This document shows positions 50,212 to 62,797 of a stretch of 64,000 nucleotides of DNA, in pieces (the first letter of the stretch is position 1; every line of letters starts with the position of its first letter). Source of the DNA: Octopus sinensis (lineage: Eukaryota); assembly GCF_006345805.1 (NCBI RefSeq), contig NC_043000.1, forward strand, positions 134,788,001-134,852,000, read 5' to 3'. The notes beneath the pieces were generated by a model. That model was not told the origin of the DNA and did not search any database. It was given only the letters and a program-made list of their open reading frames with translations. The position numbers were made by a program, and so were the translations under genes.

Positions 50212-51939
50212 GTGACGACTCTGCATTTTTCATTTGTTTATTTGAAACCATGATTGTTTATTTGCAAATATAAGTTGTTGTTGATGTTTAGTCCCAGTTC
50301 AGTACTGATCAAGCTGGTCTCTGATCAAAGGCTCTCCATCTATGACTATCCCATCTTTTTGTAAATATAGGACTACATTTCCAATTTGAGCCAAAAACTG
50401 CATCTGAAAGGAGAGGTTTCCCTTTTAGATCCCATGATTTGCTGTTGATACTTTGCAAAACTCATGTAAAACCCACACTGGAGTTGTTTCTGTTTCAACC
50501 TCCTGAGATCAGTTTTCACTAAGTACATCTACATCCATAAATGTATAAGTGCCTCTCTCAAAGGTACAACTTCGCACATTATTTACTTGACTGGTTGCAA
50601 CTGATTTAGTTCTTATATTCACATTTATAAATTATCCTTGTAATTATTTTCACAACATTTCCATTATTCTTAAATTTGTAAAGCTGTCTTATGATTTGCA
50701 TTTTATTGGTTAGACTTAGGAGAAGCAATGCCTGTGACCTTTTTGCAAGCTTTCCAAGGCTGATGAGAGAATGGAGTTGTATGTTTAGTTTGAAAATGTC
50801 AGTTAATGTCTGTTAGAACATGAATGAGGAGGGAATTTCCATTGACAGCAGCTCTGGATGAGACAGGATAGGCAAAATATTCAATACAGGATTTTGTAGT
50901 AGAGAAGATAAGAGACAGTTGTGTCCAGTTAATCTTGATAGAGGGATAGACAGCTAGTTCAGAGATGTGGAGCCTGGATGCACACAAACATCCAAATATA
51001 CACACAATACATACATAAACTCCAAAATCTACATTTAAAAGAAGATAATTTAGTTGATTGACAAAGACTCACTATAACTACTGATTCACAGACATGATGT
51101 TATTTCTTTGTCTCTTCTATTACTACTGTACTAGCCTTGTTTCTCTGATCTGGCTTGCTGCTTATCCGTCTATCAGTGGCTTGCTGGATATGCTCACTTC
51201 TCTTTATTCCCACTGAATCTCCTCATGCAAAATTCTCTTTCTCTCTTAGAGATGCTGTTAGTTTAGAATTTCATATGTGTTTATGTTTTACCAACAGACA
51301 TCGACTTACAGATGTTAAAACTAAGTATCAGCCTCAGAGGTTTTAAAAAGGTCATGGACATTGCCTTTTCTATGACATTACAAAAATGAAAAGCTTTGTC
51401 AATTTAGGAACAATGGATATATTCAAATAATTACAGGGGAAAAGTTATAAATATGTGACTAATAACAATAATGAGTTTATTGCCTATAGTGCTCAAGTTC
51501 ACTAGAATAAGAGTTAGTACTAGGTTAGAACATTTGCAGTTGGTCAAGTAGATAAGGGGCAATGTTATAAGTTGAGAGAAGCCCTCTAACTTGAAGAATC
51601 TAGATTTGTTGGCTTGCATTATCGAAAACCAAAGGGAAACAACTCTAGGGGGATCGTTTGAATGGTACTCGAGTCTCGTCCCAACAAATTATGGATATAT
51701 TTTACGAAGTAAGAGATATATAAATTAAATGGTACTATAATGACAGAAAGCTTGGTACAGAGATGGATGCAGTAAATTAGAGCTCAGCTATAGAGAGTGA
51801 CCGAAATATAAAGAGCTAACCTCTGATTATGAAATAAATAAGAGCTACCTAGATAAATAACTTTGGTGTAACCGATAAACCTTTCTATCAATTATAATTG
51901 AAATATGAGAATAATAGATATATTTCTTCTTTGTTTCAG

Positions 51940-51987
51940 GCCCATGAGGAGGCTGCGTCGTTATTAAAGAAAATCGGAAATAAATAG
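51940..51987 (+). CDS. RMDN1: RMDN1-like terminal coding exon (AHEEAASLLKKIGNK*)
   Basis: Acceptor tgtttcag|, phase 0, TAG at 51985-51987. Resembles the C-terminal EAxxLL helix. Confidence 0.88.
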   Translation, partial: AHEEAASLLKKIGNK

Positions 51988-52311
51988 ACACATTTGTTTT
52001 CAACATAAAATCATCACATCAAATTTGAACAAAAGACTATTAAAGTTTTTTTTTTTTCTTCATTCATTATCATAATTACCATACAAAATTCGATACACTA
52101 GACTTCTGATTTCTTAATATTATTGATTCTTTTCGCCAACTTAATGGCAATTAAATAGTTAAATTTACATATATTTTACATACATATCGATGCCAAATTG
52201 ATACTGAGGAAACAATAAATTTTTTCGAGATTTTATTAATATTTTAATGCCAACCTGGTGTTGAGCAAACTTTGTTTTCCCCCACGAAATTTTGTTCCTA
52301 CATTAAACCGA

Positions 52312-52322
52312 AATAAAATAAA
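52312..52322 (+). promoter_or_regulatory. Candidate polyadenylation signals for RMDN1 (overlapping AATAAA x2)
   Basis: aataaaataaa about 325 nt after the stop, followed by T/GT-rich sequence. Confidence 0.45.
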
Positions 52323-54207
52323 ACTGTCTATTGGTTTTAATATTAGAAAAAAAAAAGAGACAAAACAAAAACGATTAAAGTATTGCTGAGTTAGCAACTA
52401 CTGATAATTTTCATATATTACTGAAATTTCAATTTCATAATTTATGTGAATAAATTATTTACCCAACAATGTAGTTTAATTGCTGAGTATTTCAGGTTAC
52501 ACTGATTTATTTTTGTGGGTGTTTTTTTTAATTAAATATGAAAAAATATCTGGCAGAATCATCTACAAGATAGGTCCAGGTATGGCTATGTGGTTAAGAA
52601 GCTAGTTTTGCAACTGCCTGGTTTTGGATACAATCCCACTGCATGGCACCTTGGACAAATGTTTTCTACTATGGCCCTGGGCCAACTAATGCTTGGCAAG
52701 TAAATTTGGTTGTCTGAAACTGTGAAAACCTGTCATATGTATGCGTGTGTGTGTGTCTTTGTTTGTTCCCCAACATTACTTAATAAACAGTGTTGGTTTG
52801 TTTATGTCCCTGTAACCTAGCAGTTTGGCAAAAGAGACAGAATATGTACTGCAATCGAGTTCATCAACCTCACAGCAGCGCTTGCTGAACACACCACTGG
52901 CTGGAGGAAATTTGCACCTGCACTATCGGAGCTTAAGATGGTAGCTGAGAGCAGCACACTTCACCTTTCCTGTAAATAAATCAGTTGTAAATAGCATTTA
53001 TACTTGAAGTCTTTTCTCTTCGCCTGCCGGAAGCCTGAACTGCATAAAGAAAAAAAAAAGGATGATGGAAGGAGACAATATTCCTCCGATATCATAAACC
53101 TTACCTTCTATTATTAAAACTTCAATGAAGTGTCCATGCAGTCCAATGACTAAAACAAGTTAAAGATACAAGAAAGATCAGTTATATTAAGTGTACTTTT
53201 ATATGTATCCTGATACAGAGAGTACTGAAATAAGTCGAGGCATGGTGGTATGCCTAAGAAATTCATTTTGCAAAAATGGTTCTAGGTGCAACTATTCAGT
53301 ATTCAGATTACTCTGTCAAATGTTATGCTTATTCATTTACATTGTTTTGAATTAATCATGCATTATCTTGTAGCTTTGAGATTTCTGTGTGATAGATTTA
53401 CTTTTAGAGTGACATTGTAGGGTGGGTATGAGAGGCTGGATCTGGTCTGTTTCAACATAAAACAAGTTGAATATTTATGCTGGATATGGCTAGTTTAAAT
53501 GCTAAAGCAGTGGTTCCCAAGGTGGGCAGTGGAAAGATCCAGGAGGGCAATGAAAAAAGTGGGGTGATAATGGAGTGGCCAAAAAGGGGTCAATGGATGT
53601 AAAAAAACACCAAAATAATGGGTTATTTTGGCTAAGCTGTATTTGTGAAATAATTATTTTGAATTTGCTGCAGAAAGTGGTCGATGTTTGTGGTGGTGAG
53701 TGGGGAGAGGGGTGCTGGGAATGTTGCCTGGTCCCAAGTGAGTGGCAGCTTGGAGTCGATATTAAATTGACCTCAGTATTTGACTGATATTTAATTGACT
53801 CCAGAAGGATAATCCTAGTAATGAGCTTGTAGTATACGGTGCTCAAGCGCACTACAACATGTCACAAAAGGTTAAGATAAGAGACAGAAAGCAGACAGTC
53901 AAGTAAAGAAAGACAGCAATGCATAGTACACAAAATAAAACATGAAAAGACAGAAAAGTGAACATTAAAAGAATCATAAAGAGGAAAGTGTGCATAGGAA
54001 CATCAAGAGGGGTGTTGGTGAATTTTGAGAAACTTGGAATTTTTTGAAGGATGCAGTGCTCTGACAGCTAACAACTGATGTGAGTGGTTTATTCTATACT
54101 TCAACAATTTTGAGCATAAAAAAAGCATTCCCAAATGTCATTGACACTGCACATATTTTTGATTTTTATAAGTATGTTTATTAGTGGCTGAGGTATTGAA
54201 TTCAAAT

Positions 54208-54441
54208 AAGGCGGCAAGCTAGCAGAAACATTAGCATGCCGGTCGAAATGCGTAGCCATATTTCGCCTGCCATTACGTTCTGAGTTCAAATTCCGCCAAG
54301 GTCGACTTTGCCTTTCATCCTTTTGGGGTTGATAAATTAAGTACCAATTACACACTGGGGTTGATATAATCGACTGAATCCGTCTGTCTGTCCTTGTTTG
54401 TCTCCTCTGTGTTTAGCCCCTTGTGGGTAGTAAAGAAATAG
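54208..54441 (+). mobile_element. SINE family B
   Basis: Full head to tail. Confidence 0.88.
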
Positions 54442-55404
54442 GCATTGAATTCAAAGAGTGGCTAAAGTTGTTGTAAAGATGGTGGATGACAGGCCAAGCT
54501 AAACTTTGGTGGAATTTGAACTCGGAATGTAAATACAGTAAGATATTTGATATGATGCTCTATCAGCTCTGCTAATCCACCATCTATATTATAAAATATT
54601 GAAAGCAGATATTGTTTTACTTTTTAAATTATTATTTCACTTAATTTTGTTAGATTTTCAAAAGTATTTCAGTTGTGTAGGTAACATGCTACACGTCTTC
54701 TTTACTAATCAGTAAAGCAGGAGTTCAAATTTAGCTCCTTCTTTTGAGTACAGCCATTACAATGAAAATATGATACATAACCTGTTTCAGAGTTGTTTTC
54801 AAAACGGTTACAAGTTTGTATTGATGTGCCGCATTCATGAAGGCAGGCGAGACAAGAGACTGTCTATGCATTTTTTCCTGAACAGATACCAACATGGATT
54901 TCAGTTCAAAAGCATATTAATTTTTATAATGCTGTTTATATCTTTTGCTGATGTTAATTAATGAAAGCTATATATATATAGCGTTGCATGTGTTTATTGA
55001 GTGAAAATACCTAAAGTTCCACGAGCCAACTTTCTCTCTTTCTTCCTGTTTCTTGAGTAACGCTGTGATGGACTGGCATTCCATCCAGCTGGGGGGGAAC
55101 ACATATACCATAGAAGTGGGAAACCAGGCCCATGAGCCTGGCTAGGCTTGAAAAGGATGCATAAATCATATATATATATATAAATACACACACATGCACA
55201 CATACAAATTAGTGTCTTCCACTGTAGCCTTGTTTGACCAGTAGCTTGTGATTAGATGTTTGCACAGATGTATAGGACAGATATATGCACACACACATTT
55301 CATTATCAAATTCCCCTCATAAAATATTGGTTAGCACAAGGCTATGGTGGAAAACATCTGCCCAAGGTGCCATGCAAGAGTATCAAATCTGTAATCAAGT
55401 GATT

Positions 55405-55605
55405 CATCATTGTTTAGCGTCCGCTTTCCATGCTAGCATGGGTTGGACGGTTCAACTGGGGTCTGGGAAGCCAGAAGGCTGCACCAGGCCCAGTTTGATC
55501 TGGCAATGTTTCTATGGCTGGATGCCCTTCCTAACGCCAACCACTCCATGAGTGTAGTGGGTGCTTTTTACGTGCCACCGGCACAGGTACCAGACGAGTC
55601 TGGCA
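55405..55605 (-). mobile_element. Retroposon family C
   Basis: Near-identical to the first part of the 9650 copy. Confidence 0.82.
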
Positions 55606-56119
55606 AAATGTAACAAATTTCTTAAGTGCACAACCATACCTAGTATTTAGACTTTGATTCAATAATAATGTATTAACTCATTATAATAGAACTGATATCT
55701 ATGAATGATTCTGCTGTTGATGTCTGTATACCAAATACTTGAAAATAATTGGTGATGAGAATCTGTTACTATTTTACTGTTGTTGATTTGAATTCATAAA
55801 TGTATCATTGCTTTTGTCAGCTTTTGTTAATCTCTCATGAATTGTATTTGATCCGAGTTGTATTCACATACATTGCTTGTGCCTTTGGGCAGGACATGAA
55901 TATCATGCAGTCTTATTCATTATCTTGTATAATTATGAAATCGATTAGTACTCTCTAAAAGAAATAATTTTGTTATATCTTTTCTCCTTCAGTTTGCACT
56001 TTGGGTTTTGTTTTTGATACGTGGGGAGGCAAGTTCACTTTATTTATGAGACATAAATTTTAAAGCAGTCTTGGGTAGCCTGAGAACTGTGAAACTTTCT
56101 GAATGGCACATCTATTCAT

Positions 56120-56482
56120 TACTCTTTCTCTTTTACTTGTTTACTTGTTTCAGTCATTTAACTGTGGCCATGCTGGAGCACTGCGTTTAGTTGAGCAAAT
56201 CGACCCCAGTACTTATTCTTTGTAAGCCTAGTACTTATTCTATTGGCTCTCTTTTGCTGAACCGCTAAGTTACAGGGATGTAAACACACCAGCATTGGTT
56301 GTCAGTACATATACATATATGCGATGGGCTTCTTTCAGATTTCGTCTACCAAATCCACTCACAACCCTTTGGTCAGCCTGAGGCTATAGTAGAAAACACT
56401 TGCTCAAGGTGCCATGCTGTGGGACTGAACCTGGAACCATGTGGTTTATAAGTAAGCTACTTACCACACAGCCACTCCTACG
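56120..56482 (-). mobile_element. SINE family A with internal deletion
   Basis: Reverse-complement tail and head both present. Confidence 0.85.
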
Positions 56483-57065
56483 CTTAATGAAAAATTCCCT
56501 TAAATCTTTTAGCAACGTTGCCTACCTGTTGATGAGCTATGTCTCATGCAGCCTGCTTCTCCAAAAATGTTGCTTATACCTGCTTTAAAGTATCTAGTGT
56601 AGTAACACAACATGTTCCAAGACTAGGTACCTTTCATCAGCACCATTTGCTACTAATTGGTACTTCCATTAATTCTCTTTAAATTATCACAGCTGGTGAC
56701 CTCTGAAATGTATTCCAAAACTGACAGACAAATAAATGGAATGAACTTGCTACAAGTTAAGAACATCAGACAATAAATAGATAATTACTTGCTGATTGGT
56801 TGGCAGCAATTAAATAGCAGTTAAATGAAAATTTGTGTTGGGTCAACACCCCTAGCCAGAATAAAAGGAAAGTTACAGAAGCTTTGAGAACAGTCTAAAA
56901 CCAACAAGACCTGAGGGAAGAAGGAAAGACAGCCTAGAGTTGAGAACTTAAGAAAAGTCATCAATGGCCTTCTATGCAAAGGGTTGAAGTAAAGTAAGTA
57001 AGTGAAAACACTAAAAATCCAGTTGCTTGTGTTTTTTGTGTTTTTGCAACAGAAATTTATTTCCC

Positions 57066-57780
57066 TGATCAAGATACATAGGTCCAGGAGTGGCTGTGTG
57101 GCACCTTGGGCAAGTGTCTTCTACTATAGCCTCAAACTTGACCAAAGCCTTGTGAGTAGATTTGGTAGACGGAAACTGAAAGAAGCCCGTCGTATATATG
57201 TATATATACAAAGTGAGATAGGGGTTATGAGTGTAACCCACTATAGGATATCATTTATCCAATATACTGCCAGTAAAGCACCCTGTAAAATTAATACATA
57301 AATGCTTACAATTGCAATGCAATTAGTTCATTTATTGTATTATATGAGCAAAGGTAAAAAGTTTTACCTTAAATTCATAATACAAAATAAGAAAATGGAG
57401 GAATAGATTCCTTTCAATCATCAACTTACAGATAATACCAATTCATATAATTTACTAACTAATTAAATAGGAACATCCAAATCCAACAGAGAATTGGTAT
57501 TATCTGTAAGTTGATGATTGAAAGGAATCTATTCCTCCATTTTCTTATTTTGTATTACATATATATATGTGTGTGTGTTTGTGTGTCTGTATTTGTCGCC
57601 CCAACATTGCTTGACAACCAATGCTGGTGTGTTTACATCCCCGTAACTTAGCAATTTGGCAAAAGAGACCAATAGAATAAGTACTAGGCTTACAAAGAAT
57701 AAGTATTGGGGTCGATGTGTTCGACTAAAGGCAGTGCTCCAGCATGGCCACAGTCAAATGACTGAAACAAGTAAAGAGAG
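57066..57780 (+). mobile_element. SINE family A split by an insertion of about 350 bp at its (TA)n core
   Basis: 5' half at 57066-57208, 3' half at 57560-57780. Confidence 0.82.
57378..57557. repeat. Perfect 67-bp inverted repeat with a 46-bp spacer
   Basis: 57378-57444 is the exact reverse complement of 57491-57557, checked base by base. Confidence 0.95.
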
Positions 57781-57787
57781 TATTTTT

Positions 57788-58181
57788 TTTTTACTTGTTT
57801 CAGTCATTTGACTGCGGCCATGCTGGAGCACCACCTTTAGTCAAGCAAATCGACCCCAGGACTTATTCTTTCTAAGCCTAGTACTTACTCTATCGGTCTC
57901 TTTTGCTGAACCGCTAAGTTACGGGGACGCAAGCACACCAGCATCGGTTGTCAAGCAATGTTGGGGGGACAAACACAGACATACAAACATACACACATAC
58001 ATATACATATATACGATGGGCTTCTTTCAGTTTCCATCTACCAAATCCACTCACAAGGCTTTGGTCGGCCCAAGGCTATAGTAGAAGACACACTTGCCCA
58101 AGGTGCCATGCAGTGGGACTGAACCCTAAACCATGTGGTTGGTAAGCAAGCTACTTACCACACAGCCACTCCTGCGCCTAT
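57788..58181 (-). mobile_element. SINE family A
   Basis: Full-length reverse complement, tail-to-tail with 57560-57780. Confidence 0.9.
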
Positions 58182-58453
58182 GCGTAGAAAAAATGAAAGG
58201 AAAGAAAAGTATGACAGTCAAGTGAACAAAAACATGACAGATATATTTGACATAATAATAAAGATAAAGCAAACAAGCTGGCCACTTGTGGTGACAGCTT
58301 GAAGAATTTTTTTCTTAGATTTCTTACCAGATATACTGCTCCATGTGTTTCTGCTCCTCAGTTTTCTTCATTGCTAGCAAGTAGGGTGGTTGGGGAAAGG
58401 AAGCTGCTCCATACTGCAAATGTCATTGTAATAATTTCCTTTTTCCTTATATA

Positions 58454-58689
58454 CAGGGTGGCCCAAATGTAGGTTTACAGTTATACAACTATCTCTTTTG
58501 CATTCATATATTAACGGTTTAGATCTTAATTATAAAAAAAATATGAAACCATTATTCTATGCTAATTTAGTTAATTTTGTCAAGGCCCCTTTTCAATTTG
58601 TAAGATAGAAATTTAAATATAATAAAATGTTTTAAAAGAAATTTAAAGTGCCTATGTGATAACTGTAAGCCTACTTTTGGGCCACCCTG
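58454..58689. mobile_element. Tc1/mariner-type MITE
   Basis: TA TSDs at 58452-58453 and 58690-58691. 29-bp TIRs cagggtggcccaaa(t/a)gtagg(t/c)ttacagtt match at 27/29. Confidence 0.9.
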
Positions 58690-59561
58690 TATGTATATAT
58701 CAATCCTTTGTAGTCTTTTTAAAATTTTTATTATTGTTATTCTGTTGTGGAACCCTTTTGCTCCATTATGCTGTTAATATCTTTAGAAAAGAAAAAATGG
58801 TTATGATTTCTCATTTCAGCTTACCTTGATAATTTGGAATTTTACAAGCCAATGAAGGAGCTTCTAAAACAAACATTTAATCTGCTTGAACAGTCAAATC
58901 TCCCTCAAATCACACCACAGTATTAGAAAAAGAAGACTCTTTTGGTTATGTAGATTCACAAAAGCATCACTCCAGATTTACCAACCATGTCTCCATCGTC
59001 GTCGTCGTTTAACACCCGCTTTCTATGCTAGCATGGGTTGGACGATTTTGATTGAGGGCTGGTGAACCAGATGGCTGCACCAGGCCCCAATCTTAATTTT
59101 GTAGAGTTTCTACTGCTGGATGCCCTTCCTAACGCCAACCACTCAACTGTTACTCATATCAAGAAAAAAATTGTACCACATTCTTTTTAATTATGAGTAG
59201 TTTTAATACAGAGCCCTCAAAATCATCCAGTTGTTGGATCTTGCTTTCACCAAGGATCTATCCTGCTGAAAGCACCCTCATAACATTGCTAGAAATGTAT
59301 CTCAATGATTGGCTCTTTGTTTCAGGGTCAGAAGATATTTTGTTTCTCAACAATTGATACTCAACAAAACTCAGGTGAAGCACACGATTGAGTATTACTC
59401 TCACATTTGGGATGTTACCAAGAAACCTGACTGATTGGCATAAAATCATTAATAGACACACTGCTGAGTCCTTTCTCTATATTTGGAACTGGCTGGGATC
59501 ATGTCATATAACTAGTGGATTTTTTTGGCTTTATTTAGTGATTGACCTTGTCTTTTTATAA

Positions 59562-59960
59562 TCTTTATATATAAAAGAGAGGTTGTGTGTCTGTCTCCTA
59601 CAATTTAGATTCCTAACTACTCCCACATTTTGCGGTGCAGTTTAACCAAAACCGGGTATCTTTATAGTCGTGATTCATATCGAGCCCTTCTGGGTATTAG
59701 CGCGCGTCTACGATGAGTCTACGATTTAAAAAAAAATTTACCATAATTTTTTTCCCTTTTAATGCATTTTTTCGCTATTATATAAGGGAAGTAACTCTCT
59801 AAAAATGTCTACGATGAGTCAACGATTTAAAAAAAAATTTACCATAATTTTTTTCCCATTTTTAATGCATTTTTTTGCTATTTTTTGGCTATAACTCTCT
59901 AAAAATGCTTATATAGTTATTTCCCTTACAAACCCGAGCAACGCCGGGCGATACTGCTAG
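59562..59960 (+). mobile_element. Non-autonomous Helitron with an internal tandem repeat of about 100 bp
   Basis: A|TCTTTATATATAAAAG at the 5' end, hairpin cccgagcaacgccggg (59933-59948), CTAG|T at the 3' end. Confidence 0.88.
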
Positions 59961-60157
59961 TCTATAATAATTCTGATTGTCATTGTGTTACTTAGCATGT
60001 CGGTAATGCTTTCACATGATTAGAGAAAAAGAGAAAGGGAGAAAAAGAGGGAGAGAAGTGTCCGTGATGTGTGGTAGATGGAATGTAATTGTAACGCTTT
60101 CATGTGATCAATTGAAGGGAAAGAGAGGAGAAAGGAAAAGGAGAGAGAAAAAGAGGA

Positions 60158-60560
60158 TAAGGCGCAGGAGTGGCTGTGTGGTAAGTAGCTTGCTAACCAA
60201 CCACATGGTTGCGGGTTCAGTCCCACTGTGTGGCATCTTGGGCAAGTTTCTTCTGCTATAGCCCCGGGCTGACCAATGCCTTGTGAGTGGATTTGGTAGA
60301 CGGAAACTGAAAGAAGCCTGTCGTATATATGTAAATATATATATATATGTGTGTGTCTGTGTTTGTCCCCCTAGCATTGCTTGACAACCGATGCTGGTGT
60401 GTTTACGTCCCCGTGACTTAGCGGTTTGGCAAAAGAGACCGATAGAATAAGTACTGGGCTTACAAAGTATAAGTCCCGGGGTCGATTTGATCGACTAAAG
60501 GCGGTGCTCCAGCATGGCCGCAGTCAAATGACTGAAACAAGTAAAAGAGAAAAGAGAGAG
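60158..60560 (+). mobile_element. SINE family A, young full-length copy
   Basis: Highly similar to the 35584 copy. Confidence 0.92.
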
Positions 60561-61532
60561 AGAGTGAGGCAGAAAAAGGAAAAAAGAAAAAGTGGGAGAG
60601 AGAAGCATCCTTGACGTGAGGTAGGGGGAATGTAATATTTAATACATGATTAAGAAAGATGAAGGTAGAGGCGAGTTAAAAATATAATTGTAGCAGAGGT
60701 GGAGGGGTGATGTTCTGATGGTGAGGTTAAAGAAAGACAGAGAGAGAGAGAGAGAGATGGTGGTGGTGGTGGTGGTGGCTGTGGTGATTGGATAGTGCAA
60801 AGTGTATTTTTAAAAAAATTGAAATAAGTTTTTTATATCACCCATCACTTAATGCATGCACATAAGTGCAATTCGGTGAAATATTCACGCTTATTTATGT
60901 GGCAGATGTATGCAATTTAACTAAAGGTTGTATCATATGTATGAGATATATTTTTTCTTTATGGAAAAATAAGAGTAAATATTTATTTTATCAGTGTTGT
61001 GCATTAAATCTATAAAATTGTGTATAAAATATATAAAGTGTATATATAAAATGCATTAAGTAATCATCATATTCCAATTTCTTTCACTTTTCAATGAGTT
61101 GTAGACAAGCACCTATCTTTCCATACAAACACAACACTGGCCATGCTTTCGGGTTTTTGGATAGAGTTTTCAGAATCAATCCAATAGGTTTGCCATTAAT
61201 TCCGTGAAATATGCATGGGTCCCACTAGTATATTTATATATAAATTATATCAATATCAAAATGTTTTTAAGCTATCATTGACAACCTAGCAGATATAGGT
61301 TCTCCATTCTCCATCATCTGGATATTAGCAATGAAATCTTCCAATACGTGCTCCCTCAGCTACTCTCCTCCAACCGCTATCAATCTTTTAGTAATATATA
61401 TTCCTGCATTGATGACACCTTTTTAACTTTACCTGTCTCTGAAGTTGTCATTCAATGCTCATAACTCCTTTGACTCTCATGCATCCACCATAGATGCTGC
61501 TATTGCTAGTTCTAAGAAAAAATTCTGGGTTC

Positions 61533-61940
61533 ATAGGTATAGGAGTGGCTGTGTGGTAAGTAGCTTGCTTACCAACCACATGGTTTCGGGTTCAGTCCCA
61601 CTGCATGGCACCTTGGGCAGGTGTCTTCTATTATAGCCTCGGGCTGACCAAAGCCTTGCGAGTGGATTTAGTAGACGGAAACTGAAAGAAGCCCGTCGTA
61701 TATATGTTTATATATATATGTGTATGTATGCTTGTGTATCTGTATCTGTTCTCCCAACATCGCTTGACAACCGATGCTGGTGTGTTTACATCCCCATAAT
61801 TTAGTGGTTCAGCAAAAGAGACCGATAGAATAAGTACTAGGCTTACAAAGAATAAGTCCTGGGGTCGATTTGCTCAACTAAAGGTGTTGCTCCAGCATGG
61901 CCACAGTCAAATGACTGAAACATGTAAAAGAGTAAAGAGT
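61533..61940 (+). mobile_element. SINE family A
   Basis: Full head, core and tail. Confidence 0.9.
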
Positions 61941-62283
61941 TTCCATGAGCTAAAGCGTCTTTTAATAAAATATAATAAAAATTTACTTAATAAAACAAAT
62001 ATTATTCATTATTTTCAAAATAATAAGTTATAGCTATTTTTATATGAATAAATTCTCTTCCTAAAACATTTTTGTTTCATTTAATGCCTTAATTAAAATT
62101 AGGATTGCAAGGATAGTTTGTAAAATAGAGTTACAGGTTCCACAATTATTAAGAAAATTGTATTATGGCTTCTGCATCAAAATATATTTAGGAACTGCAG
62201 CCAAACACGATTTTTTGAATGACACACATACACTCTAAGTACCTGCCCTTAATCTACTTTTCACCTCCAAATACTACATCTAG

Positions 62284-62487
62284 CAAGAACATCACCGTCT
62301 CTGTACCTATCGGTTGTCTGACCATTATAACAAAAAACTAAAACCAAAACACTCGGAACCTCCACCACCAACAGATGCATCCAACAAAAACATTGGAGCC
62401 CTGAATATACGTAGAGAAGTCACAAGAGACCTAGAACATACAACTAAAAAGGCGATGTTCGAACATGGTTTCACTCGTGATTATTAA
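62284..62487 (+). CDS. Orphan exon-like open frame, 67 aa plus stop, product unknown
   Basis: Pyrimidine tract plus ctag| at 62283, then an uninterrupted protein-like frame ending in TAA. Not recognised. Confidence 0.3.
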   Translation, partial: QEHHRLCTYRLSDHYNKKLKPKHSEPPPPTDASNKNIGALNIRREVTRDLEHTTKKAMFEHGFTRDY

Positions 62488-62504
62488 AAAAAAATGTTCA
62501 AAAT

Positions 62505-62797
62505 ATTCATAATAATAATAATAATGAAATTATTGTATACAGTGCTCAGGTGCACAACAACTTGTCAAAAGTGCGTATAAAGCATATGCAGTAATGTACA
62601 AATGTCTGGAAAGTGAACAGTGTATGAGTCAGATACATGCTTGCATGTGTATGGAGGGGAGAAAATGAGGTGTAATGTTGGCGAATCTCAGGAAGCATGG
62701 AAGTTTTGAAGGATGCTGTGCTCCGACAATTAACAACTAACTGATGCTGGCAGTCTGTTCCATACTTCAGCAACTCTTAGCGTGAAAAAATGTTTCA
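62505..62797 (-). mobile_element. LINE 3' tail (same family as 24968)
   Basis: (taa)n followed by gaaattattgtatacagtgctcaggtgc. Minus frame reads RSTASFKTSMLPEIRQHYT. Confidence 0.78.
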
